Source: Bdellovibrionia bacterium (GTDB lineage: Bacteria; Bdellovibrionota; UBA1018). From it: 64,000 nucleotides of DNA. The stretch is taken from assembly GCA_040399745.1 (NCBI GenBank), contig JBBARP010000001.1:10517-74516 (forward strand), given 5' to 3'. The translations under genes were made by a program, and so were the position numbers. The notes beneath the pieces are model-generated. The model saw only the letters and a program-made list of their open reading frames with translations, made no database searches and was not told where the DNA came from. Below, one piece after another: positions 10,960 to 22,800 of this stretch. The stretch's first letter is position 1. Each line of letters begins with the position of its first letter.

Positions 10960-12432
10960 ATGGCCGAGAAAATTACTCCCCGTTCCCAGGATTTTTCAGA
11001 GTGGTACCAGGACATCGTCCTTCAGGCGAAACTCGCCGATTACAGTCCCGTCAAAGGCTGTATGGTCATTCGGCCCAATGGCTACTCGATTTGGGAGCGG
11101 ATCCAGCGCGAGCTCGATGGTCGCATTAAGAAAACGGGCGTCAGAAACGCTTATTTTCCGCTGTTTATCCCTGAAAGTTTCCTGAAAAAGGAAGCCGAGC
11201 ACGTCGAAGGATTTGCTCCTCAGTGCGCCGTGGTCACCTACGCAGGCGCTAAGGATTTGGAAGAAAAATTGGTGGTTCGCCCCACTTCCGAAACCATCAT
11301 CAACTCGATGTTTGCCAAGTGGATTCAGAGCTACCGAGATTTGCCGCTCTTGATCAACCAGTGGGCCAACGTGGTTCGCTGGGAAATGCGCACCCGCTTG
11401 TTCCTGCGCACGACCGAGTTTCTTTGGCAGGAAGGTCACACTTGCCACGCCACCGCCGAAGAAGCCGAAGCTGAAGCACGTCTGATGCTGCAAGTTTATA
11501 CGGAATTCGCTGAAAACGTGTTGGCGATGCCGGTCGTTCCGGGACGTAAATCCGATAGCGAGCGCTTTGCCGGTGCACTTCGGACCTATTCCATCGAAGC
11601 GATGATGCAGGACACGAAGGCCCTTCAGGCCGGCACCTCGCATAATCTTTCGACCAACTTCGCCCAGGCTTTCGACACTCAGTTCCTGGATAAGGACTCG
11701 AAAAAGAAGTTCGTGCATCAGACCAGCTGGGGTGTTTCTACGCGCCTGATCGGCGGCATGATCATGACCCATTCCGACGACAAAGGCCTGGTTTTGCCGC
11801 CGCGTTTGGCTCAAACTCACGTCGCAATTGTGCCGATTTTGGCCAAAGCCGAGCACAAAGCGAAGGTTCTGGAAGTGTCGGATCGCTTGGCTGCAGCGAT
11901 TCAGGAAAACGCGGCTGTTCGCTCCTTGGGCTACGACGTCGGCGTGATCGTGGACCGCGACGAACAAAAGCAAGCGGGCTGGAAGTTCCACGAGTACGAG
12001 CTCCTCGGCATGCCGGTTCGCATCGAAGTGGGTCCGCGCGACTTGGAGAAAAACCAGGTGGTGCTGACTCGTCGGGACGAGGGCGTGAAGCATTTTGTCG
12101 CTTTGGATGACGTGCCTGCGATGATCGGCCAAATCTTGGCGGACATGCAGAAGCAGCTCCTCGAGAAAGCGCGCGCATTCCGGGATGCCAATACGCATCG
12201 CGTGGAGACCTTCGAGCAGCTGAAGAAGGGTCTGGACGAAAAAGGCGGCTTCTACGTCGGTCCTTGGTGCCAGAGCCGCGAGAGCGAAGAAAAGCTGAAG
12301 GAAGAGACCAAAGCCACCATTCGCTGCTTGCCGATGGACGCCGAGTTCAACCTGATCTCTGAAGAAGGGGCATGCGTGATCACGGGTCAAAAAGGGAACA
12401 ACGTGCGCGCAATCTTTGCACGGGCTTATTGA
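10960..12432 (+). CDS. proS: Proline--tRNA ligase (archaeal/eukaryote-like type, no INS editing domain)
   Basis: [39 protein letters not shown] motifs; C-terminal ARAY. Confidence 0.96.
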   Translation: MAEKITPRSQDFSEWYQDIVLQAKLADYSPVKGCMVIRPNGYSIWERIQRELDGRIKKTGVRNAYFPLFIPESFLKKEAEHVEGFAPQCAVVTYAGAKDLEEKLVVRPTSETIINSMFAKWIQSYRDLPLLINQWANVVRWEMRTRLFLRTTEFLWQEGHTCHATAEEAEAEARLMLQVYTEFAENVLAMPVVPGRKSDSERFAGALRTYSIEAMMQDTKALQAGTSHNLSTNFAQAFDTQFLDKDSKKKFVHQTSWGVSTRLIGGMIMTHSDDKGLVLPPRLAQTHVAIVPILAKAEHKAKVLEVSDRLAAAIQENAAVRSLGYDVGVIVDRDEQKQAGWKFHEYELLGMPVRIEVGPRDLEKNQVVLTRRDEGVKHFVALDDVPAMIGQILADMQKQLLEKARAFRDANTHRVETFEQLKKGLDEKGGFYVGPWCQSRESEEKLKEETKATIRCLPMDAEFNLISEEGACVITGQKGNNVRAIFARAY

Positions 12433-12433
12433 G

Positions 12434-13156
12434 ATGAACTCCGGCTCGACCGACCTGATTGTGGCTTTGGATTACCCTCGTGCTGAACCAGCCGAAGCGC
12501 TGATTCGTGAACTCGAGGGTCAGCCGGTCATTTACAAGGTCGGTTCCGAGCTTTTTATGGCCGAGGGACCGGCTTGGGTTCGTGAGTTGGTGCATCGCAA
12601 GTGCCGGATTTTCTTGGATCTTAAATTCCACGACATCCCCAATACGGTGGCTAAAGCAGCCAAGCAGGCGGCACTTCTTCATGTGGAGATGTTTACTCTG
12701 CATTTGGCCGGTGGCAGTCAGATGGTCCGCGCAGTCGCGCAGGAATTGTCCGACATCCCTTCGCTTCGACCGAAGGTCTTGGGCGTGAGTGTTCTGACCT
12801 CGTTTGATGATGTGCGCTGGGCCGAAGTGACGCGTGCTCTGACAGGCCACGCAGTGGCTCCAGTCGAGTCGGTCGAGGGCCTCGTGGCTCACGCGACCGC
12901 TTGGGGGGTGGATGGCATTGTTTGCAGCGCGCATGAACTGCCCGCTGTGACGGCTACGGCTCCTGGCCTTTACAAAGTGGTGCCGGGAATTCGGCTCGCC
13001 GGCGGAGACGCTCAGGACCAAGCTCGGGTGATGACGCCCGCTCAGGCTCGCCAGGCGGGCGCCAACGCGATTGTGGTGGGCAGACCCATTACTCAGGCCC
13101 GCGATCCACGCGCTGCCGTAAAGAGCATCCTGGACGAGCTTGCTCAGACAGCCTGA
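12434..13156 (+). CDS. pyrF: Orotidine-5'-phosphate decarboxylase
   Basis: LIVALD, FLDLKFHDIPNTV, VPGIR and VVGRPIT motifs. Confidence 0.96.
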   Translation: MNSGSTDLIVALDYPRAEPAEALIRELEGQPVIYKVGSELFMAEGPAWVRELVHRKCRIFLDLKFHDIPNTVAKAAKQAALLHVEMFTLHLAGGSQMVRAVAQELSDIPSLRPKVLGVSVLTSFDDVRWAEVTRALTGHAVAPVESVEGLVAHATAWGVDGIVCSAHELPAVTATAPGLYKVVPGIRLAGGDAQDQARVMTPAQARQAGANAIVVGRPITQARDPRAAVKSILDELAQTA

Positions 13157-13177
13157 GCGGCGTAAAGGCTTCCCTGC

Positions 13178-13969
13178 ATGTCGCAATCTGCAGGTGGTTC
13201 TTTAGCTCTTCGCAATCCTCACAGTGTTTTGGCCGCGCTTCAAACGCGCCCGGACGACGTCCTACGCGTCGCCCTGCCTCCGTCGGGTGGCCAGAGAGGC
13301 GCTACCGAAGCGGCTGGCGACGCCTGGGACCAGGTGGCCAAGCTGGCCCGCCAGTATAAAATTCAAATTCAGAATGCCTCTCCGGCCGCTGCTGCGGGCG
13401 ATTCCCGCGGGCGCGACAAAGACCGCGAAGGCGGCCGCGTGAGCGGGGCGCACGCGATGGTGCGCGAGCGCACAGGAGTCAGCGCGGAAAAGCTTTTCGA
13501 CGACGCTCGCGAGCGTTCGGGCGGGAAGGGGTTGTGGCTGGCGCTGGATAGCCTCCAAGACCCGCAAAACGTCGGCGCGATTTTCAGAACAGCGGCATTT
13601 TTCGGGGTTCAGGGCATTCTTCTCACCACCGAGCGCTCTGCGCCGCTTTCTGCGGCCGCTTACGACGTCGCTTCGGGCGGTATGGAATACGTGCCGTTTA
13701 CTCAGCAGGTGAATTTGCAGCGCGGCTTTGAAGCCGCAAAAGAAGCGGGCCTCTGGATTTTGGGCACTTCCGAGCACGCACGCGAAACTTTGGGTGGGGT
13801 TCAAAAAGACCGCCCCTGGCTCGTGGTTTTGGGCAACGAAGAGCGCGGAATTCGTCGATTGACCGAAGAGTCGTGCGACGTCATGTGCCGGATCGATCCC
13901 AAAGGCGAGGGTGTAAAATCACTGAACGTCTCGGTTGCCGCTGGGATCTTGATGGGCCAGCTGGGCTGA
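13178..13969 (+). CDS. rlmB: TrmH/SpoU-family RNA 2'-O-methyltransferase, RlmB-like
   Basis: LDSLQDPQNVGAIFRTA, LGNEERG and SLNVSVAAG SPOUT motifs. Confidence 0.8.
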   Translation: MSQSAGGSLALRNPHSVLAALQTRPDDVLRVALPPSGGQRGATEAAGDAWDQVAKLARQYKIQIQNASPAAAAGDSRGRDKDREGGRVSGAHAMVRERTGVSAEKLFDDARERSGGKGLWLALDSLQDPQNVGAIFRTAAFFGVQGILLTTERSAPLSAAAYDVASGGMEYVPFTQQVNLQRGFEAAKEAGLWILGTSEHARETLGGVQKDRPWLVVLGNEERGIRRLTEESCDVMCRIDPKGEGVKSLNVSVAAGILMGQLG

Positions 13970-14091
13970 GGCTTTCAGAGCCTCGGTCGGGGTGGATTTG
14001 CGTTTGACATTTCCGCCAAACGATGGAAATTAGCCCCCACATTGGTTTTTACCGAGTGGAGTGGTTTATCTTCTCCCGCCGAAAATTTCGG

Positions 14092-14167
14092 GCTGGAGTA
14101 GCTCAGTTGGTAGAGCAACGGTTTTGTAAACCGTAGGTCGTGGGTTCGAGTCCCGTCTCCAGCTCCA
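14092..14167 (+). tRNA. tRNA-Thr(TGT)
   Basis: Cloverleaf GCTGGAG/CTCCAGC, anticodon loop TTTGTAA, GTTCGAG, encoded CCA. Confidence 0.96.
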
Positions 14168-14213
14168 TTTCGGTATGAATCAATGGATCGTTTCGTGTTT
14201 TCAGTTCAGATCC

Positions 14214-14299
14214 GGAGAGATACCCAAGCGGCCAAAGGGACCAGACTGTAAATCTGGCGGCGTACGCCTTCGAAGGTTCGAATCCTTCTCTCTCCACCA
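14214..14299 (+). tRNA. tRNA-Tyr(GTA)
   Basis: GGAGAGA/TCTCTCC acceptor stem, CTGTAAA loop, long variable arm, CCA. Confidence 0.96.
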
Positions 14300-14366
14300 T
14301 CCGAATCGAAAATCCGAGTGATCAGTCCGTAAAAGTTGAATTGACTTAGGGTCTCTAGTTTTTTGG

Positions 14367-14443
14367 GCGGGAGTAGCTCAGTTGGCTAGAGCATCAGCCT
14401 TCCAAGCTGAGGGTCGAGGGTTCGAGCCCCTTCTCCCGCTCCA
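14367..14443 (+). tRNA. tRNA-Gly(TCC)
   Basis: GCGGGAG/CTCCCGC acceptor stem, CTTCCAA loop, CCA. Confidence 0.96.
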
Positions 14444-14583
14444 AAAAAATGAGAACCCTTTGCTAATTCAACAAAAACATGGGAAGAGCGGCGCTAGTTC
14501 CACCAAGAATCGCTGTCTCAGACCCATGTTCAGGGTGTGCCGAAACCTCGGAAAATCCTGAAAAATCAGTATCTTCTTGGAAC

Positions 14584-14658
<75 letters not shown>

Positions 14659-14725
14659 GAAATTTTGAACCCGGTTGTAGGTGCCGGAACCCCACCTACC
14701 CAAACATCGGAGGCCTAGAAGCTGT

Positions 14726-15916
14726 ATGTCGAAAGAGAAATTTGATCGGAGTAAGCCGCACGTCAACATCGGCACCATTGGTCACGTTGACCATGGTAAA
14801 ACCTCGTTGACCGCTGCCATCACCACCATCCTGGCAAAGTCCGGTCTGGCTCAGGCTCGCGCCTATGACCAGATTGACAATGCTCCGGAAGAGAAGGCCC
14901 GCGGCATCACGATCAACACCACCCACGTTGAATATCAAACCAAGAACCGTCACTACGCTCACGTGGACTGCCCAGGCCACGCTGACTACGTGAAGAACAT
15001 GATCACCGGCGCCGCTCAAATGGACGGCGCGATCTTGGTGGTTTCGGCCGCTGACGGCCCGATGCCCCAGACCCGTGAACACATCCTCCTGGCTCGCCAG
15101 GTCGGTGTTCCGGCTGTCGTGGTCTTCATGAACAAGTGCGACATGGTTGACGATGCCGAATTGCTCGACCTCGTCGAAATGGAAGTTCGCGAACTCCTCT
15201 CCAGCTACAAGTTCCCCGGCGACAGCATTCCGGTCGTTCGCGGTTCGGCAGTGAAAGCCCTTGAAGGCGATCAAAGCCCAATCGGTGAGCCCGCAATTCT
15301 CCAGCTCATGGAAGCTTGCGACACCTACATCCCGCAACCCAAGCGTGAGAAGGACAAGCCCTTCCTCATGCCGGTCGAAGACGTGTTTTCGATCTCGGGT
15401 CGTGGCACCGTGGTTACCGGCCGCGTCGAACGTGGCGTGATCAAAGTCGGCGAAGAAATCGAAATCATCGGTCTCCGCCCGACTATTAAGACCACCGTCA
15501 CCGGCGTGGAAATGTTCCGCAAACTTCTCGATCAAGGTGAGGCTGGTGACAACATCGGCGCTCTGCTTCGCGGCACCAAGAAAGAAGAAGTGGAACGCGG
15601 ACAAGTGCTGGCTCACGTGGGCAGCATCTCCCCGCACAAGAAGTTCAAGGGCTCGGCCTACATCCTCACCAAAGAGGAAGGCGGCCGCCACACCCCGTTC
15701 TTCAAGGGCTACCGCCCTCAGTTCTACTTCCGCACGACCGACGTCACCGGCGTCGTCACCCTTCCGGCTAACGTCGAGATGGTGATGCCTGGCGACAACG
15801 TTCAGATTGAAGTTGAATTGATCACCCCGATCGCCATGGAAAAAGAACTGCGCTTCGCTATTCGCGAAGGCGGTCGTACCGTGGGCGCCGGTGTGGTTGC
15901 CGAGATCGTCGAGTAA
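14726..15916 (+). CDS. tuf: Elongation factor Tu
   Basis: [38 protein letters not shown]. Confidence 0.99.
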   Translation: MSKEKFDRSKPHVNIGTIGHVDHGKTSLTAAITTILAKSGLAQARAYDQIDNAPEEKARGITINTTHVEYQTKNRHYAHVDCPGHADYVKNMITGAAQMDGAILVVSAADGPMPQTREHILLARQVGVPAVVVFMNKCDMVDDAELLDLVEMEVRELLSSYKFPGDSIPVVRGSAVKALEGDQSPIGEPAILQLMEACDTYIPQPKREKDKPFLMPVEDVFSISGRGTVVTGRVERGVIKVGEEIEIIGLRPTIKTTVTGVEMFRKLLDQGEAGDNIGALLRGTKKEEVERGQVLAHVGSISPHKKFKGSAYILTKEEGGRHTPFFKGYRPQFYFRTTDVTGVVTLPANVEMVMPGDNVQIEVELITPIAMEKELRFAIREGGRTVGAGVVAEIVE

Positions 15917-16023
15917 TCAAAGCCGGATCCGCAAGGATCCTCGCTAGGTTCCGGGGGTCGGGCCGGGAATGGCCGGTCCGACCCTCGTTTGGTTCCTTTT
16001 CCCATTCATGCTAAGGAAGTTTT

Positions 16024-16173
16024 ATGCGCGTCATCGTCAGCCTGGACTGCACCGAGTGCAAGCGGAAGAACTACTCGACGACCAAGAACAAGCAGAAGAC
16101 GACGGACAAGCTGGAGTTTAAAAAATTCTGCCGCGCTTGCCGCAAGCACACTGCGCATCGCGAAGGCAAATAA
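16024..16173 (+). CDS. rpmG: 50S ribosomal protein L33 (zinc-ribbon form); not in ORF track
   Basis: Manual translation [56 protein letters not shown]; position between tuf and secE. Confidence 0.96.
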   Translation: MRVIVSLDCTECKRKNYSTTKNKQKTTDKLEFKKFCRACRKHTAHREGK

Positions 16174-16190
16174 GTTTCGAATTCCCACGT

Positions 16191-16266
16191 AGGCCAGTAG
16201 CTCTAACGGTAGAGCGGCGGATTCCAAATCCGTAGGTTGTGGGTTCGAATCCCTCCTGGCCTGCCA
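16191..16266 (+). tRNA. tRNA-Trp(CCA)
   Basis: AGGCCAG/CTGGCCT acceptor stem, TTCCAAA loop, CCA. Confidence 0.96.
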
Positions 16267-16302
16267 CTTTTAACCTCGTCATCTCAAGATCGAGTGAACG
16301 AT

Positions 16303-16677
16303 ATGGAAAACCAGCATCAAAAATGGGTCAACCTCAGCTACCTCGGGGTAGCTGCGTTGCTGGGCTATATTGTGTTCTCCGGATCACAGCAGCTGGTCGC
16401 AGTTTACGACCTAGAAGCGCGGGTTCGGCAGATCGACTGGATCGTTCGGATTGGGTCAATCCTGTCCGGAGGACTTCTTTTTGCGATTTTGGTTCGCAAT
16501 GAGAAGGCAAATGAGTTTATGAACGAGGTGGTCCTGGAGCTGCTTCGGGTCACTTGGCCAACTCAGAAGGAAACTTCGCACGCTACGTTTCTCACCATTG
16601 TCATGGTGCTCGTAGCCGGGTTGATTCTGGGTTTCCTGGATTATTTCTGGACCAAGCTCATCCAGTGGATCGTTTGA
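16303..16677 (+). CDS. secE: Preprotein translocase subunit SecE
   Basis: EVVLELLRVTWPT motif followed by a TM helix; directly upstream of nusG. Confidence 0.92.
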   Translation: MENQHQKWVNLSYLGVAALLGYIVFSGSQQLVAVYDLEARVRQIDWIVRIGSILSGGLLFAILVRNEKANEFMNEVVLELLRVTWPTQKETSHATFLTIVMVLVAGLILGFLDYFWTKLIQWIV

Positions 16678-16688
16678 CGGAGGGAGAA

Positions 16689-17273
16689 ATGGTGACCGAA
16701 AATCGTCCTCAAGACGGAATTACCGGTTCAGCGCCAGAGGCGGCTGCTCAGGCTTGGTACATCGTTCACACCTATTCGGGTTACGAGAACAAGGCGAAGT
16801 TGGCTTTGGAAGAACGCATTCGCTCGTTGAAGAAGGAACCCTTCTTTGGGGAAGTGATCGTTCCTGAAGAGAACGTGGTCGAGCTGGTCAAAGGCCAGAA
16901 GAAGACCACCAAGCGCCGTTTTTTCCCGGGATACATCCTGGTAAAGATGGTGCTGAACGACGAAACTTGGCACATCGTCAAGAACACCCCGAAAGTCACG
17001 GGCTTCGTCGGTGATAAGATTCGCCCGATTCCGGTTCCGGAGTCGGAGGTCCTGAAAATGACCAACCGCATCGCCGAGGGCCAGGTTAAGCCGCGCCCAA
17101 GGATCTCGTTTGCGGAAGGCGAAAACGTTCGCGTGGTGGACGGTCCTTTCTCCAACTTCAGTGGTGTAGTTGAGGACGTGAACCCCGATAAAGGCAAGGT
17201 GAAGGTGCTTGTGAGCATCTTCGGCCGCTCCACTCCGGTGGAGTTGGACTTCATTCAGGTTGAAAAGATTTAA
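16689..17273 (+). CDS. nusG: Transcription termination/antitermination factor NusG
   Basis: WYIVHTYSGYE, FFPGYILV, KOW motif, IFGRSTPVEL. Confidence 0.97.
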   Translation: MVTENRPQDGITGSAPEAAAQAWYIVHTYSGYENKAKLALEERIRSLKKEPFFGEVIVPEENVVELVKGQKKTTKRRFFPGYILVKMVLNDETWHIVKNTPKVTGFVGDKIRPIPVPESEVLKMTNRIAEGQVKPRPRISFAEGENVRVVDGPFSNFSGVVEDVNPDKGKVKVLVSIFGRSTPVELDFIQVEKI

Positions 17274-17298
17274 CGGCTCGTGTTAGAGGGGCCCTCTT

Positions 17299-17724
17299 AT
17301 GGCAAAGAAGGTAGTTGGTCAGATCAAGCTTCAGATTCCCGGTGGTCAAGCGAACCCCGCTCCCCCCGTGGGTCCGGCGCTCGGTCAACGTGGCGTCAAC
17401 ATCATGGAATTCTGCAAGGCGTACAACGCCAAGACCCAGGACCAAAAGGGGATGATCATTCCGGTCATCATCACGGTCTATTCGGACCGGTCTTTCACCT
17501 TCATCACGAAGACCCCGCCGGCTTCGATCTTGCTGTTCAAAGCAGCTAAAATCGAAAAAGGCAGCGGTACCCCGAATAAAACTAAAGCAGGCAAAGTCAC
17601 TCAAAAGCAGGTCGAGGAAATCGCCAAGCTGAAGATGCCTGACTTGAATGCCGGCAGCGTGGAAGCTGCAATGCGCACCGTAGCCGGTACGGCACGTAGC
17701 GCTGGCGTGACCGTCGAAGGATAA
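17299..17724 (+). CDS. rplK: 50S ribosomal protein L11
   Basis: [13 protein letters not shown] and FITKTPP motifs. Confidence 0.98.
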   Translation: MAKKVVGQIKLQIPGGQANPAPPVGPALGQRGVNIMEFCKAYNAKTQDQKGMIIPVIITVYSDRSFTFITKTPPASILLFKAAKIEKGSGTPNKTKAGKVTQKQVEEIAKLKMPDLNAGSVEAAMRTVAGTARSAGVTVEG

Positions 17725-17741
17725 TTTTTTAACGCAGTAGA

Positions 17742-17775
17742 GTGGGAGCTCGCTTCGTGCGAGCGCTTGAACCAC
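17742..17775 (+). promoter_or_regulatory. Probable L1-binding autoregulatory RNA element upstream of rplA
   Basis: GTGG-GAG-CTCGC-TTCGT-GCGAG-CGCTTGAA-CCAC: hairpin with asymmetric internal loop next to the rplA SD. Confidence 0.6.
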
Positions 17776-17784
17776 GGAGGATCC

Positions 17785-18522
17785 ATGGCAGAAAAGAAGA
17801 AGCCGATGGGCAACCACGGCAAGAAATACGCAAACTCGGTAGCCAAAGTGGAAACCGGAAAACTGTACCCGGTGAAGGATGGTTTTGATCTCCTTCTCGA
17901 GGTGGCCTACGCCAAGTTCGACGAGTCCGTCGATGTGGCTTACAATCTGGGCGTTGACCCCAAGCATTCGGACCAAATGGTTCGCGGTGCTTTGGTGCTT
18001 CCGCACGGCATTGGCAAGACCGTTCGCGTATGCGTGATGGCAAAAGGCGAAAAAGCGAAGGAAGCGGAAGCTGCCGGAGCTGATTTTGTCGGCACCGACG
18101 ACCTGATCGAGAAGATTCAGGGCGGCTGGTTGGAATTCGACAAACTCGTCGCAACCCCGGACATGATGGTCGCCCTCTCGAAAGTGGCGAAAATCCTTGG
18201 CCCCCGTGGTTTGATGCCGAACCCGAAGCTCGGCACCGTCACTGTGGACGTGTCCCGCGCCGTGAAAGAACAGAAACTCGGCAAGATCGAATACCGCGTT
18301 GAGAAGACCGGCATCGTACATTGCTTAATTGGCAAGAAGTCTTTCGGAGCACAGAAACTGCGCGAAAACTTCGCCGTGTTGACTGGCGCTATCCAGAAGG
18401 CCAAACCGCCCACTTCAAAGGGCGTTTACCTGCGGAACGTCTCCGTGTCGACCACCATGGGCCCCGGCATCACGCTGGATCCGCTCGATGTGGCTGCCGG
18501 CGGCGCAGCCTGGAACACCTGA
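17785..18522 (+). CDS. rplA: 50S ribosomal protein L1
   Basis: [19 protein letters not shown] and STTMGPG motifs; SD GGAGG. Confidence 0.98.
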   Translation: MAEKKKPMGNHGKKYANSVAKVETGKLYPVKDGFDLLLEVAYAKFDESVDVAYNLGVDPKHSDQMVRGALVLPHGIGKTVRVCVMAKGEKAKEAEAAGADFVGTDDLIEKIQGGWLEFDKLVATPDMMVALSKVAKILGPRGLMPNPKLGTVTVDVSRAVKEQKLGKIEYRVEKTGIVHCLIGKKSFGAQKLRENFAVLTGAIQKAKPPTSKGVYLRNVSVSTTMGPGITLDPLDVAAGGAAWNT

Positions 18523-18543
18523 TCCGGAAGTTGAGGACGAAAA

Positions 18544-19083
18544 ATGAATCGCAATGAAAAAGCCTCTTTGGCTCAGACTCTAAAAGAGAAATTCCTCAAG
18601 GCCAACGTCGCCATTTTTGCCGACTACAAAGGCTTGACCGCAACTCAAGCCGATGATCTGCGCAAGCTGCTCCGCGGCCAAAACACCGAAGTAAAAGTGT
18701 TGAAGAACAATCTGGGGCGTTTGATCGCTCAAGATGGTTCGATGGGCGCAGGCGCTAAAGATGTGATGGACGGCCTCGTCGGTCCCTCTTTGGTTGCTTT
18801 CTCCTACGGCGATCCGGCAGCGACCGCAAAGGTCATCGCCAAGTTCGCTAAAGACAACGAAGCTTTGAAGATCAAAGACAGCATTTTGGGTAAGGCCCGC
18901 ATTGACGCCGCAGGCGTTCAAGAGCTGGCTAGCTTGCCTTCGAAAGAAGTCTTGATCGCCAAGTTGCTCGGCACGATGAACGCGCCGATCACGAATTTCG
19001 TGGGTGTCCTTGCTGCAGTGCCGCGTAGTCTGGTCACGGTTCTGTCTGCAATTGAAAAGAAGAAAGGCGAATCCCAGGGTTGA
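18544..19083 (+). CDS. rplJ: 50S ribosomal protein L10
   Basis: DYKGLT, VLKNNL and LASLPSKEVL motifs. Confidence 0.96.
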   Translation: MNRNEKASLAQTLKEKFLKANVAIFADYKGLTATQADDLRKLLRGQNTEVKVLKNNLGRLIAQDGSMGAGAKDVMDGLVGPSLVAFSYGDPAATAKVIAKFAKDNEALKIKDSILGKARIDAAGVQELASLPSKEVLIAKLLGTMNAPITNFVGVLAAVPRSLVTVLSAIEKKKGESQG

Positions 19084-19206
19084 TGTCCCGGGGTTTCGAC
19101 AGTTTCGTCTGAGCTCCAGGATGGAGTTTCAGAAAACAGGTCCTGTGACTCAACCAGAGCAAAGGACCAAAGCTAGTAAGGCGCACAGGGTTAACTGAGG
19201 TAAGAT

Positions 19207-19587
19207 ATGGCTACCGTTACTAAGGAAGATGTTGTTTCCTTCATTGAAAATATGTCCGTTCTCGAGCTCTCGCAGCTCGTGAAGGATCTCGAAACGAAAT
19301 TCGGCGTTTCGGCTGCTGCCCCCATGGCAGTGGCTGTTGCTGGTGCTGGCGCAGCCGCCCCGGCAGCTGAAGTGAAGACCGAGTTCAACGTTGTTCTGAC
19401 CGCCGCAGGCGACAAGAAAATCAACGTGATCAAAGTCGTTCGCGAACTCACCGGCCTCGGCTTGAAAGAAGCCAAGGACTTGGTCGAAGGCGCTCCGAAG
19501 TCCGTGAAAGAAGGCATCGCTAAAGCTGACGCTGAAGAGATGAAGAAGAAGCTCGAAGCTGAAGGCGCCAAGGTCGAGCTGAAGTAA
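19207..19587 (+). CDS. rplL: 50S ribosomal protein L7/L12
   Basis: Ala-rich hinge; [24 protein letters not shown]. Confidence 0.98.
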   Translation: MATVTKEDVVSFIENMSVLELSQLVKDLETKFGVSAAAPMAVAVAGAGAAAPAAEVKTEFNVVLTAAGDKKINVIKVVRELTGLGLKEAKDLVEGAPKSVKEGIAKADAEEMKKKLEAEGAKVELK

Positions 19588-19629
19588 TCTTCAGCTGCCT
19601 GGTTTCCTGATCTTTCTGGTTGAGTCCAA

Positions 19630-19680
19630 GCTGCCCCTGAATCCGTCCCCAAAAATGTGGGAGTGGGTTTAGGGGCAAGC
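19630..19680 (+). terminator. Long hairpin after rplL (possible terminator or attenuator)
   Basis: TGCCCCTGAATCC...GGGTTTAGGGGCA inverted repeat; no clear U-tract. Confidence 0.4.
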
Positions 19681-19828
19681 TCGGGTTCAGCTTGCGTTTT
19701 TATATCTGTGGGCTAAGGTCCGGCTACCTTCCTCCTCCCCGGTACTTAGGTAGGTCCGGTCCACGTCGTTTTCCACCCAGGATCTGTGGTGTGCGCACGC
19801 CACACGTCCGAGTTTCTAAGGAGTCAGC

Positions 19829-22800
19829 ATGGCATCTCTCTTCTCGGAGAACCGCCGAATCAGGAAAGAATTCTCGAAGATCGCGACCCCGGTCGAGATC
19901 CCGAACTTGATCGACTTGCAAAGAAAGTCGTACGAGAAATTCCTCCAAGCGGATATTCCTCCGCAGAAGCGTGAGACCATGGGTCTCCAGTCGGTGTTTA
20001 AATCGGTATTCCCGATTGAAGACTTCAACAAGACCGCTTCGCTGGAATTCGAAAGCTACAGTCTCGAGCGCCCGAAATACGACGTGGGCGAGTGCCGTCA
20101 GCGCGGCATGACTTTCGCCGCTCCCTTGAAGATCACCGTGCGTTTGGTGGTTTTCGAAGTCGATGAAGAAGCGGGCACCCGCAACATTCGCGACATCAAA
20201 GAACAAGAAGTTTACATGGGCGAAATCCCCCTCATGACTGAGGCGGGTTCGTTCATCATCAATGGCACCGAGCGTGTCATTGTGAGTCAGCTGCACCGCT
20301 CGCCAGGCGTGATCTTCGATCACGATCAAGGCAAGAGCCACTCCAGCGGCAAGATCCTCTACTCGGCACGGATGATTCCGCATCGCGGTTCGTGGCTCGA
20401 TTTCGAATTCGACCACAAGGACATCTTGTACGCCCGTATCGACCGCAAGCGGAAATTGCCTGCGACCATCGTCCTGAAGGCGATGGGTCTGTCGACTCAA
20501 GAGATCCTGTCTTACTTCTACCGCACCGAAGTGCTCTCGTTCGACCAGGACGGGAAGTACTACAAAGCGGTCGATCTCGAGCTCCTCTCGGGTCAGCGCG
20601 CTGACGAAGACATCCTCGAGCCGAAATCGGGCGATGTGATCGTCAAGAAAAACCGCAAGTTCACGAAAGCCGTCATCAAGAAGATTCAAGACGCTGGCAT
20701 CAAGCGCTTTGAAGTGGCTCTCGATAACGTTCTCGGTCGTGTGGCCGCAGAAGACTTGGTGGATGAAGCCACTGGCGAAGTGCTGATCGAGTGTAACCAT
20801 GAGCTCAGCGAAGCGAAACTGGAAGAGCTGAAGGGCAAAGGCGTCAAGGCTGTGAAGGTGATCTACACCGACAACCTGACCCACGGCGCATTCGTGCGTG
20901 AAACCCTGCAAATCGACAAGGTTTCGAGTCCCGACGAAGCATTGATCGAGATCTACAAGCGGATGCGTCCGGGTGATCCGCCGACCATCGAAGCTTCCAA
21001 GCAATTGTTTGAGAACATGTTCTTCAACCCCGATCGCTACGACCTGTCGCGCGTCGGCCGTTTGAAGTTGAACTACAAGTTCCCGAACAACGGTGTGGCT
21101 CAAGAAATCACCACTCTGACCAAGGAAGACATTCTGTCGACCTTGTTCTACCTCTGCGAGCTGAACAACGGCCGTGGAACCATCGACGACATCGATCACT
21201 TGGGCAACCGCCGCGTTCGCCCGGTGGGTGAATTGATCGAGAACCAATACCGCATCGGCTTGGTTCGTATGGAGCGCGCCATTAAAGAGCGCATGAGCAT
21301 TCAAGAGATTGAGACGCTCATGCCGCACGACTTGATCAACCAGAAGCCGGTTTCGGCTGTGGTGAAAGAGTTCTTTGGCTCGAGCCAGCTCTCGCAGTTC
21401 ATGGACCAGACCAATCCGTTGTCGGAAGTCACGCACAAGCGTCGTCTTTCGGCCCTCGGACCTGGCGGTCTGACCCGCGAGCGCGCAGGCTTCGAAGTCC
21501 GCGACGTTCACAATACCCACTACGGCCGGATTTGCCCGATTGAGACTCCGGAAGGTCCGAACATCGGCTTGATCGCAAGCCTTTCGACCTACGCCCGTGT
21601 GAACGAGTTCGGCTTCATCGAGACCCCGTACCGCATCATCGGCGAGCGTAGCGTGACGGACGAAATCCGTTTCTTCACCGCTACCGAGGAAGAGAACAAG
21701 ATCATCGCTCAAGTTTCGCCGGAAGCTCTGCGTACCGGCAAACTCGGCTCGGATCACGTCTCTGCCCGTCGTAAAGGTGAATTCGCACTCGTGAATCCGG
21801 ACGACGTCGAGATGATGGACGTTTCGCCGAACCAGCTGGTTTCGATCGCTGCTTCGTTGATTCCGTTCCTCGAGCACGACGATGCTAACCGCGCCCTCAT
21901 GGGTTCGAACATGCAACGTCAGGCTGTGCCGCTCATTCGTACTTCGGCGCCGCTCGTCGGCACCGGTATCGAACGCGTGGTTGCTCGCGACTCCGGTCAG
22001 GTCATCCTGGCCCGTCACGACGGCGAAGTCATCATGGTCGACGGTTCGAAAATCGTCATTCGTCGCTCGGGTCGCAATGACTCGGTCGGTTCGGACGTCG
22101 ATATTTACAACCTGACGAAGTATCAGCGCTCCAACCAGGGCACCTGCGTGAACCAGCGTCCAGTCGTGAAGTCTGGCGATAAGGTGAAGGCAGGCGACGT
22201 TCTGGGTGACGGTCCCTCGACCGACGCTGGCGAGTTGGCTCTGGGTCAGAACGTGCTCATCGCGTTCATGCCCTGGAACGGCTACAACTTCGAAGACTCG
22301 ATCCTTATCTCCGAGCGCATCATCAAGGACGACACTTTCACCTCGATTCACATCGAGGAATTCGAGTGTGTGGCCCGCGATACCAAACTCGGTAAAGAAG
22401 AGATCACCCGCGACATCCCGAACGTCGGCGAAGAGGCCCTCAAGGACCTCGACCAGAGCGGTATTATCCGCATTGGCGCTGAAGTGAAGCCGGGCGATAT
22501 CTTGGTCGGTAAAGTGACTCCGAAAGGCGAGACTCAGCTTTCGCCTGAAGAGAAACTGCTCCGCGCGATCTTCGGCGAAAAAGCCGGCGACGTCCGCGAT
22601 TCCTCGCTGCGCGTGCCTTCGGGCGTGCAAGGCGTGATCATCAACGCTCAGGTCTTCGCTCGCGAAGGCACCGAGCCCGATGAGCGCACCAAGCAGATCT
22701 TGGAAGAGCAGATTGCCACGATCCGTCGTGACGAGAAGATTGAAGTCGAGGCCATCCGGTTGTCCGCCTTCAATAAGATCGCCAAGACCCTCGAGGGTTC

